Positions 27,033 through 36,513 of a stretch of 64,000 nt of DNA are shown piece by piece (within the stretch, counting starts at the first letter, position 1; every line of letters starts with the position of its first letter). The position numbers and the translations under genes were made by a program. The DNA is taken from assembly GCA_029251165.1 (NCBI GenBank), contig JAQXDW010000052.1, positions 1,736-65,735 of the forward strand. The letters are read 5' to 3'. This DNA comes from Myxococcota bacterium. GTDB taxonomy: Bacteria; Myxococcota_A; UBA796. The notes beneath the pieces are model-generated. The model ran no database searches, was not told the origin of the DNA, and saw nothing but the letters and a program-made list of their open reading frames with translations.

Positions 27033-28019
27033 CCGCCCCTCGAAGGCCTCCCAGTGCGCCAGCACCCGGCGGTCAACCTCTGCCGGCGCGAGCGAACTGA
27101 TCTCAGACTCAAAGTCGGCAAAGCCTTCCCGAAACGTCTTGATGAACGCGCCGAGCTGTGGACCGGAGAGGCCCGGAATGAGCTGCATCACCCGCTTGCC
27201 GCCGAACCGCTCCTTGACCGCAGCGACCTGGCGCTCCCGGACGGCTTCCGCAGCAAGGATCTCCGGCAGTCCAGCCTCCGGGAAGGCCGCGATGATGTGG
27301 GGAAGGCACGCCTCACGGGGAGGATAGTCGACACGCGTGTCGATGCCCTCCTCGTCCAGCCACTCCAGGAACCGTCGGATGGTCGGCCGCTGCCGTGCAC
27401 GCGTGCGGGTGGTGCGGCTGGGATCCCGGTAGGGTGCAACAGAGAACCACGGCGAGGCGACGAGCCAGGCATACATCTCCTCCAGCGTCTCGAAGCCAGT
27501 CTCCCAGTGGGCAACGTCGAGGGAGAGGTGCGAACAGATGCGCTGGATGTCGCGGGAGACGTCGATGTCGCGGGTGTAGTTGCCGTCGGCACGGCGGAAG
27601 ACATACTGGAGCCCCCGCTCGCCGTACTTCAGGTTCATCCGTCGGAAGATCTTGCCGAGCAGGTTGCCGAGATCGTTGAAGTCCAGGAAGGCACAGGTGC
27701 TCTCGAAGTAGCGGGCCGGACGCACAATGTAGTCAACCTGAAAGCCCTGATAGACCGTCGAGAACACCGCGCCAGTGCGCTGGAAGCGGGTGAGACCAAG
27801 ACCGGCAACGAGCGCGTCGCGCAGGTCGCTCCAGGTGGTGGTGATGGCCGCCTCAGAGACGACGACATCGACATCACCGAAGTCCTCCTTGCTCCTATAG
27901 TAGCGCGGAATTTGATAGTGCTGTCCGAGCATGCGGTCGAGGTCGGAGCGCAGCCGTGCTTCCAGGGCGAGGTACTCCGCTCTGGGAAGCCGGCCGAGGC
28001 CATAGAGGCTGCCGCCCAC
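26982..28019 (-). CDS. hypothetical protein, possible nucleotidyltransferase-fold N-terminus
   Basis: 345-aa ORF with strong GC3 bias. KEDFGDVDVVVSE resembles the Asp-x-Asp strand of Pol-beta-type NTases, but the upstream G[SG] motif is not canonical. Confidence 0.7.
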   Translation of the reverse strand: MGGSLYGLGRLPRAEYLALEARLRSDLDRMLGQHYQIPRYYRSKEDFGDVDVVVSEAAITTTWSDLRDALVAGLGLTRFQRTGAVFSTVYQGFQVDYIVRPARYFESTCAFLDFNDLGNLLGKIFRRMNLKYGERGLQYVFRRADGNYTRDIDVSRDIQRICSHLSLDVAHWETGFETLEEMYAWLVASPWFSVAPYRDPSRTTRTRARQRPTIRRFLEWLDEEGIDTRVDYPPREACLPHIIAAFPEAGLPEILAAEAVRERQVAAVKERFGGKRVMQLIPGLSGPQLGAFIKTFREGFADFESEISSLAPAEVDRRVLAHWEAFEGRSSGLGSGADPVEDDRD

Positions 28020-28022
28020 CGC

Positions 28023-28664
28023 TCAGCGCGCGGCGCTGTAGAAGCTGTTGATGTTCTCCGGCAGGCTCTTCTCGCTGGCCCAGGAGGAGGCACCGCCGGG
28101 GATGCTTCCGCCGGGATCGGAGACCGCTGCATAGGTGACGGTGCAGCCGTTGGTCGTGGTCGGGACGAGGTCCCACATTCCGTAGTTGATCGGCGTGAAC
28201 ACCGCACCGTACTTGTCCTCGACAGCATCGCGGACGGTCGGGTAGCTGTCCTTGTTCATGCCCGTCCAGGTCTGCCGGTGGTGACCAGGGACGCCGCCGA
28301 GGTTGCGCTCGTTGACCGCCTTGTTGATCCAGTAGCGGTCGGAGATGAGCGGCAGGTCGACGACCTGGTAGAAGACCACCGTGTCGCCGCTGGAGGAGAC
28401 CACGCTGGACTCTCGCAGCATGCTGTTGACCGCCTGGTGCCGGGAGGGGTCAGAGACCGCCGCAAAGTAGGCATCACAGGAGACATCGACCGTGCGCTGC
28501 CCTCGGAAGGCGGGGACCGACAGCCCGGCGACGCTCTTCTGGGTGACGGTCACCCCGTCGTTGGTTGTCGACCCGCTCCAGCCGGACTCGCTCTTGAGCG
28601 CAGCGAGGATCTGGTTGGGGGTGGAAGCATCAGCGGAGAGGGAGAGGAGCGCGATGACGATCAT
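28023..28664 (-). CDS. secreted START/SRPBCC-like lipid-binding domain protein
   Basis: Signal peptide MIVIALLSLSADA. START-like core ...FRGQRTVDVSCDAYFAAVSDPSRH...DLPLISDRYWI... Confidence 0.7.
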   Translation of the reverse strand: MIVIALLSLSADASTPNQILAALKSESGWSGSTTNDGVTVTQKSVAGLSVPAFRGQRTVDVSCDAYFAAVSDPSRHQAVNSMLRESSVVSSSGDTVVFYQVVDLPLISDRYWINKAVNERNLGGVPGHHRQTWTGMNKDSYPTVRDAVEDKYGAVFTPINYGMWDLVPTTTNGCTVTYAAVSDPGGSIPGGASSWASEKSLPENINSFYSAAR

Positions 28665-28788
28665 GGGGACCTCGAAGACCAGGGAAAGGAGTCGACAGAA
28701 AAGAGTGACGAATAAGGGTGCGTTGTTCTTCAGTCGGGTCTCAGAACCGCTACCTTATCGCCCTCTTCCCCCTCACCCCAGATCCGTC

Positions 28789-29835
<1,047 letters not shown>

Positions 29836-30050
29836 GTGCGCTGGAGCAGTCTCAGCGGAGAGACAAGCCAGACTTCCGACCGAGACTCCTACGGAAGCCA
29901 TGGCCCTACTCGATCAAAAATGACCATTAAACGGTTACAATTTATCTCGAATCGAGGCTTATCAATCACCTGACACGAGCACACGCATTGATGCGAATGT
30001 TGTGACTTGGCGCTCGGATTTGAGCTGAAATTGTGGGATGGTAGCGGAAC

Positions 30051-31814
30051 GTGACAGATCAGCACACCAGACTCCTCGGGCTCCTCAGGCACCCTGAGCA
30101 CTACATGCAAGGGGTCGAGCTGGCGGGGTCGCTGGGGAGCCATGACGCACTGGCTGTGGCCATCGAGGAGGTCTGCCTGCCGCATTGGCTGGCGCTGCTG
30201 CGGCTGACGGTCGCGCATGCCCCGGAGGCTGCAGCGATGGGCCTGGGGCGGAGCCGAGACTGGTCACTGGACCCGACCGCTGACCTGCTGTCTCTGTTCA
30301 CCACCCTGCCCACCGAGGCCGCGCTGTTCGAGCTGGCGATGCGCATGGCCGCTGGAGAGTGGGGGGAGGTCGAGAAGCGCCTGCTGGACAACCTCGACCC
30401 AGTCTGGCTGCCCGGCGCACTGCCGGTCGACCAACAGACCAGCCGCATTGATCGGCTGCTGGCCGCCCTGTCCACCGCGGACGTCCACAGCTGGGTGCCG
30501 TTCTACGAGGTGCTGCACTTCGCCGGTCACGAAGACGACGCAATGCGCACCCTCCTGAACAGCCCCCTGATTGCCCATCCTGGTATTCGACGGTTCATCG
30601 TCGAGGATCGCCACATGGCACTCGCGCTTCGGCGGGTGCTCAGCGCGATGCTGCCCCGCGCACCGATGTCGCTGTGGGAGCTGCTCAGCGAGTGGCCGGA
30701 GGCGGGGCGAGTCCTGGATCGCCGTCGGCGGATCCAGCAGCTCCGCGAGGCACTGAAGGCCGCACGGCCCACCGAGCCAGCCCTGCCGGCACTGCTGCGG
30801 GTGGTGCAGGAGTGGACCGAGCCCGGAGATGGCCGACTGGTCAACGGACCGGTCCTTCGCTTCCTGGAGGTCTCTCCGGATCCGACCGTCAAGCTGGCCG
30901 CCGCCACCGCAATCTGCGCACCGATCCCGGTCGGGCGCTGCGCACGCCTCCTCCGCTCCAGCGACCCCGACACCGCGCGTGCAATGCTGCGGGGGCTGGG
31001 TCAGTCTGAGGACGATGCCGCCGCTGACCTGCTGGTCTCCTACGCCGACGGTCCCCTCACCGACGAGGTGACTGCCGAGGCCGCTGAGGCGCTGGGGCAC
31101 CTGCTCGTCACCCTCCGGGTCCAGCTGGAGCGCATGGGACGCACCCTCACCATGACCGGCAGCAGCACAGGGATCCTCCTGGCCGGGGCGCTGTCGGGCA
31201 ACCCGGTCAAGCAGGCCGCGCTGTGCGAGGCCGCCGCCACCAGCCCCGACGCCGCCCTGGCCGTGGTCCGGCTGACCACCCTCCAGTGGCGCACCACCCG
31301 CCAGCGCCTCACCCCGACGATCATCCGCCAGGCCCGGGCCTCCAGCAACCCCATCGCAGCCGGGTGGCTGCGGGCGTGCTGCGTGAAGCTCATCCGCCGT
31401 CCGATCCGGAGGGGCACGGTGACCATCGCCGAGCGAGAGGCGATCAAGACCATGGGGCGAGCGGGCTGGTGGGCGATCCATCAGGAGCTTCGCGCCGGCA
31501 GCGAGGGTCGAATGCGGCGGGGAATCGCCCTGGCTGGCGCCTGCGATGGTCCGGGCTGGGTGCTCGATCTGGCCCGTGTGCTGCTGGGCGGCTGGCAGGC
31601 ACCGTGGCACCAGGCCGCGCGCATCTTCCTCCAGGGTCAGCCCGACCGGGCCATCGCCAAGGCGATCCACCACCACCCCGAGCGCCTCAAGGCCGCCTCG
31701 GTGCTGCCCGAGCGGCTCGGCCCCCAGACCACCGCAGTGCTCCACCAGCTGCTGCGACATCCCCGGCTCACCGGGACCGCAGAGGCGGAGCTGTCCCGAC
31801 GGGGGCTGCTGTAG
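30051..31814 (+). CDS. hypothetical alpha-helical repeat protein
   Basis: 587-aa GTG-initiated ORF with high GC3, preceded by a ~200-bp AT-rich region (29850-30050). Leu/Ala/Arg-rich and HEAT-like in composition. No motif recognised. Confidence 0.7.
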   Translation: MTDQHTRLLGLLRHPEHYMQGVELAGSLGSHDALAVAIEEVCLPHWLALLRLTVAHAPEAAAMGLGRSRDWSLDPTADLLSLFTTLPTEAALFELAMRMAAGEWGEVEKRLLDNLDPVWLPGALPVDQQTSRIDRLLAALSTADVHSWVPFYEVLHFAGHEDDAMRTLLNSPLIAHPGIRRFIVEDRHMALALRRVLSAMLPRAPMSLWELLSEWPEAGRVLDRRRRIQQLREALKAARPTEPALPALLRVVQEWTEPGDGRLVNGPVLRFLEVSPDPTVKLAAATAICAPIPVGRCARLLRSSDPDTARAMLRGLGQSEDDAAADLLVSYADGPLTDEVTAEAAEALGHLLVTLRVQLERMGRTLTMTGSSTGILLAGALSGNPVKQAALCEAAATSPDAALAVVRLTTLQWRTTRQRLTPTIIRQARASSNPIAAGWLRACCVKLIRRPIRRGTVTIAEREAIKTMGRAGWWAIHQELRAGSEGRMRRGIALAGACDGPGWVLDLARVLLGGWQAPWHQAARIFLQGQPDRAIAKAIHHHPERLKAASVLPERLGPQTTAVLHQLLRHPRLTGTAEAELSRRGLL

Positions 31815-31973
31815 GCGGAGCGCCGGCCTGGAGCACGCGCCCGCCACCGCGCCGCTGCGGTCTGTAGCAGCGATGCCGTCAATTCAAGCTCGCAAAGGAC
31901 TGACGCCGACGACCCCCCGCCATTTCCTGGCGTGATCCCTGCTGTACCTTGGGACAGAGCACAGGAGCCGAGC

Positions 31974-32533
31974 ATGATCTTCGTCCTCGCTCCCCTCGCC
32001 AGCGCCGCGCCCATCCTCAGCACGCTGACCGTGCACCAGCCCGACGCAGAGAAGCCCTGCACCCACGACCTGAGCATGCCCGACCTGTGGCTTGGCGAGT
32101 CGCTCCCCAGCGCGGAGATCACGGTGGACTGCGACACCGATCGGTCCGACGCGGTCTTCGTCGAGATGCAGTTCGAGACATCGCTCGCAGTGTCACGGGA
32201 TGGACCGCACTGGCAGCTGGACGACTTCGCCCGCCACGCCTCTCCCTGGCGGCCAGCCTGGACCACCGACGGGCTGACCCTGCCCCCTTACCGAGAGCGA
32301 CCACCGAAAGTTCCCCACCGGCATCGTCTCTCCGCGATGCCATCGCAGCACACCGGGAGAGACTCTCCGACAGCGGCCGCGCGCCCACCGTCTACGCGCC
32401 CACCTGCGACACGCCGTGGCCTCCCCCCTGCTTCGTCGGCATCTCGACGGTGTGGCTGCGGGTGAGTGCTTACCGAGACGGCGCGCTGGTCGAGAGCCGG
32501 ATGATCGAGGCCGCCGTGCCGATGGGCTGCTGA
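31974..32533 (+). pseudogene. secreted hypothetical protein, apparently disrupted by frame shifts near 32283-32330
   Basis: AGGAG RBS, ATG at 31974, signal-like MIFVLAPLASAAP. High-GC3 signal moves from frame 0 to another frame after a C5 run at 32283-32287. It ends as ...PTVYAPTCDTPWPPPCFVGISTVWLRVSAYRDGALVESRMIEAAVPMGC at 32533. Confidence 0.4.
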
Positions 32534-32542
32534 GCCGCACGC

Positions 32543-33385
32543 TCACGGCGCGTTGAGCGAGTCCACCACCGCCTGCGCAGCGCCGATGTCGTAGAAGTCG
32601 ACGAGGACCTGGTTGGGGAAGCGCCCGGAGGCCTCCTGGCAGTCGGCCACATGGCCCTCAATGACCGGCAGCGCGTTCGCTTCTGTGGCGAGCTCGAGAG
32701 AGGCGAGCGGGCTGGTGAGGAAGTGGTTGATGTTGTAGAGGGTGGCAGTGGCCGGATCGCCGCGATCATCGGTGCAGGCAAAGTCCTCGATCGACTCCGC
32801 CGAGTAAGGCACGTCGATCCAGTGCTCCCACTGGCTGTGGTGCCAGTCCACCCCGCCGCCGCTCGCCGAGAAGATCACCACACGCTGATCCTGCGCGATC
32901 AGCTCACCGAGCGTGGGCCAGGGCTGCCCGGTGGTGTGGGTGTAGGCACGCTCGGCGAGCCCCGCCTCGGTCAGCGCCGCGCGGGTCTCTTCGCCGGAGA
33001 TGCCGTCCTGGAGCGTGAGGATGACCACCTCATCGGGGCGGTCGGTGAGGAAGGCTGTGATCTCCGCGAAGCCCTCGACGAGCGGCTGGCTGCCGAGCTC
33101 GCAGTAGCCATGGCACAGCCACAGCTCGTCCTCCCAGGCGTGGGTGTCGAGGTTCAGCGCCCGTACCCCATTGGCGAGCTGGGCGGGCACGGCGTCGTTC
33201 TGGTTGGGAAACAACCACTCCCGCTCCGCGCTGGACATGCTGTTGTGGGTGCCGACAAACGCCACCGCGCTCAGGGGGCGGTCGCACAGGGCGGAGGAGC
33301 CGTTGCAGGTGGCGTCAGGGTCGGCGGTCTCAGCGGAGGGTGCGCCCTCCGGAGAGGACGCAGTGCAGGACAAGAGGAGCAGCAT
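32543..33385 (-). CDS. PI-PLC X-domain-like phospholipase C lipoprotein
   Basis: MLLLLSC lipobox. FVGTHNSM catalytic-His motif and NLDTHAWEDELWLCHG, typical of PLC-like phosphodiesterases. Confidence 0.85.
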   Translation of the reverse strand: MLLLLSCTASSPEGAPSAETADPDATCNGSSALCDRPLSAVAFVGTHNSMSSAEREWLFPNQNDAVPAQLANGVRALNLDTHAWEDELWLCHGYCELGSQPLVEGFAEITAFLTDRPDEVVILTLQDGISGEETRAALTEAGLAERAYTHTTGQPWPTLGELIAQDQRVVIFSASGGGVDWHHSQWEHWIDVPYSAESIEDFACTDDRGDPATATLYNINHFLTSPLASLELATEANALPVIEGHVADCQEASGRFPNQVLVDFYDIGAAQAVVDSLNAP

Positions 33386-33406
33386 CCTCCCAGGATAGCA
33401 GGGTGA

Positions 33407-35128
33407 CTACGCCGTGGCAGCCGGGAGGTCCTGTCGGCGGACGAGCTTGCCGGGCAGCTTGCCGGTGGGCGCGCCGTCTCGGAAAACGACCTCGCCGCTG
33501 ACGATGGTCGCCCGGTAGCCGTCTGCGCGCTGCACGAACCGCCGACCGCCCGCGGGGAGATCGTAGATGATCTCCGGGGCGTGCAGGGTGAGCTGGTCGA
33601 GGTCGATGACGTTGATGTCGGCCTTCATGCCCGTCGCGATGACGCCACGGTCGGTCAAGCCGTACAGCCGCGCGCTGTCGCGGGTCTGCATCGCGATGAC
33701 CGTCTCCAGGGGGAGCTTCTCGCCGCGCACCCGGTCCCGGACCCAGTGGGTGAGCAGGAAGGTCGGGGTCGAGACATCGCAGATGGTGCCGCAGTGCGCC
33801 CCACCGTCCGCCAGCCCGACCACCGTTCCCGGGTGGCTGAGCAGCTGGCGGCTGACCTCCATGTCGCCGTCGGTGTAGCAGAAGATCGGGAAGTAGATGA
33901 CCCCGCGACCGTCGCCCTCCAGCAGCCACTCGATGACCACCTGACGGGGATGGCAGCCGCGCGCCGCTGCGATCGCGGCGGCAGAGGTGGAGGGCTCAGG
34001 CTCGTAGTTCGGAGACTCTCCCAGGCGGTACATGCGGCCGAAGCTGCTGAGGATGAAGTCCTCGAACGGACCAATCGAGAGGAGCTCATCGGCGATGATC
34101 GCAGCCTGGACCTTAGGATCCCGCAGCTTCGCCACCTTCTCGTCGTGGGGGAGGAAGTGGATGCCGAGGTAGGTCACCGAGTTCAGCAGCGGAACGGCGG
34201 TACCCTCCAGGCACATCAGGATTCCCGGCGGACGACCAGCGACCTGTGCATAGACCGGCAGGCCCTCCGCCTGGGTCTCCTCCAGCAGGGTCAGCATGCG
34301 CTTCCACAGCTGCGGCGCGACGTCGGTCTGGTGGAGGTTGAAGCTGACGGTGCAGCCGGTGCTCCGGGCCACATCGCGCATCCAGACGAGCTCGTCGGCC
34401 ATGTCCTCGTGGTTCGAGGTCATCTGGAAGACTCCGCCGCCGCCGGCGGCAAGACCATCTGCGAGTCCAAGCAGCTCGTCCTGACCAGCGAAGGTTCCAG
34501 GGACGTGGACGCCGTCAGAGCCCTTGTGGATGAGGGTGCGAGAGGTCGAGAAGCCGAGCGCACCCGCAGCGATGCCGTCGCGGACGATGGCGGCCATTGC
34601 CACGATGTCTCCTGGGGTGGCCGGCTCGTTGCGGGCCCCCCGGTCGCCCATGACGTAGGCCCGGACTGCGGCGTGAGGCACCTGGGCGGCGATGTCGATG
34701 GCGCGGGGGTAGCTGGCGAGGGCGTCGAGGTACTCCGGGAAGTGCTCCCAGGCCCACTGGATGCCCTCGTGCATCGCCGCACCGGGGATGTCCTCGACCC
34801 CCTCCATCAGCTGGATGAGCCAGTCACGCCCCTCGGGGCGGGCCGGCGCGAAGCCGACCCCGCAGTTGCCCATGACGACCGTGGTCACGCCGTGCCAGCC
34901 GGACGGGGTGAGGTAGGGATCCCAGGTGGCCTGGGCATCGTAGTGGGTGTGAACATCGACCCAGCCCGGCGCGACGATGCAGCCGGTGGCGTCGACCTCT
35001 TCATCGCCGGGGGGCAGGTCGGCACCGACCGCGATGATGCGGCCGCCTTCGATGGCGACGTCCGCAACGCGGCGGGGGGCGCCGGTACCATCGACGAGGG
35101 TTCCGTTTCGGATGACGAGGGTAGACAT
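33407..35128 (-). CDS. N-acyl-D-amino-acid deacylase (D-aminoacylase) family amidohydrolase
   Basis: [13 protein letters not shown]...[12 protein letters not shown] metal-binding motif. Length and C-terminal beta domain are typical of the family. Confidence 0.9.
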   Translation of the reverse strand: MSTLVIRNGTLVDGTGAPRRVADVAIEGGRIIAVGADLPPGDEEVDATGCIVAPGWVDVHTHYDAQATWDPYLTPSGWHGVTTVVMGNCGVGFAPARPEGRDWLIQLMEGVEDIPGAAMHEGIQWAWEHFPEYLDALASYPRAIDIAAQVPHAAVRAYVMGDRGARNEPATPGDIVAMAAIVRDGIAAGALGFSTSRTLIHKGSDGVHVPGTFAGQDELLGLADGLAAGGGGVFQMTSNHEDMADELVWMRDVARSTGCTVSFNLHQTDVAPQLWKRMLTLLEETQAEGLPVYAQVAGRPPGILMCLEGTAVPLLNSVTYLGIHFLPHDEKVAKLRDPKVQAAIIADELLSIGPFEDFILSSFGRMYRLGESPNYEPEPSTSAAAIAAARGCHPRQVVIEWLLEGDGRGVIYFPIFCYTDGDMEVSRQLLSHPGTVVGLADGGAHCGTICDVSTPTFLLTHWVRDRVRGEKLPLETVIAMQTRDSARLYGLTDRGVIATGMKADINVIDLDQLTLHAPEIIYDLPAGGRRFVQRADGYRATIVSGEVVFRDGAPTGKLPGKLVRRQDLPAATA

Positions 35129-35833
35129 TCAGGACTCTCCAGTCGGGATGAGGCTGCGCACCAAGCCGCCGATGATGGTCGCACGCACGAGGTCGTCGGG
35201 GATGCCATCGGGCCGGGGATCCCAGGCACGGTGGACGGCGAACCAGAGGGTGGACTCGATGAGCATCCGGGCCGCAGCGGCGGTGGAGGGCGGGGGCGAC
35301 AGGACACCCGCAGCCACCTGGGCATCGAGGTAGTCGGTGAGCTGGCGGTGCAGCCCTGCCCGAGCACCGTCGAACCACAGCGCCGCGAGCGCCGGCAGGT
35401 CACGAGCGGCAGCGTTGATGAGCCGGATGGTCACCCGGTTGGCGGCGACCGTGTCGTAGAGCTCCTCCACGATCCCGGTCAGTTCTGTGAGGACATCGCC
35501 GCTGGGGTCCACGAGGGCTGCCTGGAGACGGACGAACTGCCCCTCGGTGGTCATGCGCTGCCGAAGGTACGCCACGGTCTGGCCGGGCTGCGGGGTGGGC
35601 ACCGGGAGGACGTCCGGGATCGGTGGCGGGACAGGGTCGTCGGCATGGCGAACCGCGATGTCGAACAGCGCAGCCTTGCTCTTCGCGTACAGGTAGACGG
35701 TGCCCTTGGCCACGCCCATCGCCGTCGCGACGTCCTCGACCTGAGCGCGCCGATACCCGTTGGCCGCGATGAAGGATTGGATCGCAGCTTGAACAAGCGA
35801 AGCGTAGCGATCGGGTGAGCGGGTTCGTGCCAT
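35129..35833 (-). CDS. TetR/AcrR family transcriptional regulator
   Basis: N-terminal HTH YRRAQVEDVATAMGVAKGTVYLYAKSKAALF. Its stop abuts the start of the amidohydrolase gene (operon). Confidence 0.9.
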   Translation of the reverse strand: MARTRSPDRYASLVQAAIQSFIAANGYRRAQVEDVATAMGVAKGTVYLYAKSKAALFDIAVRHADDPVPPPIPDVLPVPTPQPGQTVAYLRQRMTTEGQFVRLQAALVDPSGDVLTELTGIVEELYDTVAANRVTIRLINAAARDLPALAALWFDGARAGLHRQLTDYLDAQVAAGVLSPPPSTAAAARMLIESTLWFAVHRAWDPRPDGIPDDLVRATIIGGLVRSLIPTGES

Positions 35834-35844
35834 GATGGCTGCAT

Positions 35845-35865
35845 AACTGACCCATTCAGTCAGTT
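35845..35865. promoter_or_regulatory. 7-N7-7 palindrome AACTGAC-N7-GTCAGTT, candidate TetR operator
   Basis: aactgacccattcagtcagtt lies 12 nt upstream of the TetR start codon. An overlapping ACTGA-N5-TCAGT dyad is also present. Confidence 0.5.
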
Positions 35866-36440
35866 AAAAGACTTCCCGCATTTTCTGCTCGAGAAGACCG
35901 CCGGGCTCCCCTGCGCGCGAGCCTCCACGACGACGCGGTCATGCGCGGGTTCATCGCGGTGCTCTGGGAGTCCGTCGAGAGCGGTCCGCACCGGAGCGGC
36001 TCATCGACGTCCTGCGGGGCGGAGTGGTCGAGCAGCACTGTGCAGGAGGGCTTTGCGCGGAGAGCTGGGCCTCAGTCATCCGGTAGACCATCGCCAGCAC
36101 GTGCCCCGCTGCCATCGGCGTGACGGGCGGATCGACGCTGAAGACATCCCCCGGGAGCCGCAGGGCAACCCAAGGCCGCTCCATCACTGCAGGAGTGAGC
36201 GGGTAGAGCATGATCATCAGGGTCTTGAGCAGCTGCACAGCCCGCCGCCGGCCTCCATGTCCGGCATGTTGGTGAACAGCCGGGAGCGGTTGCCGTCCCG
36301 GGCGCTCTTCCCTTCTTCCACTTCGGCATCGTGCACTTCAGCAGCGACTGCTTGAGCAGCATCTCATTACCGTGGCGGCGGCGGATGTCATCGTCGAGGG
36401 CGACCTGCCGGGGGGCAGGGTCTCGGGGCGGGAGGTGCCG
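35856..36440 (-). pseudogene. probable degraded gene (coding-like GC3 signal that jumps between three frames)
   Basis: Minus-strand segments VALDDDIRRRHGNEMLLKQSLLKCTMPKWKKG / RDGNRSRLFTNMPDMEAGGG / MQLLKTLMIMLYPLTPAVMERPWVALRLPGDVF...VYRMTEAQL / TVLLDHSAPQDVDEPLRCGPL each show high GC3 but are in different frames. No intact ORF. Confidence 0.3.
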
Positions 36441-36513
36441 GTTTAGGCGTCGAGGCCGACATACCAACGGGCTCTGTCTACAGGCATTGCCCAGCCGCAG
36501 CCATTGGGCGACT

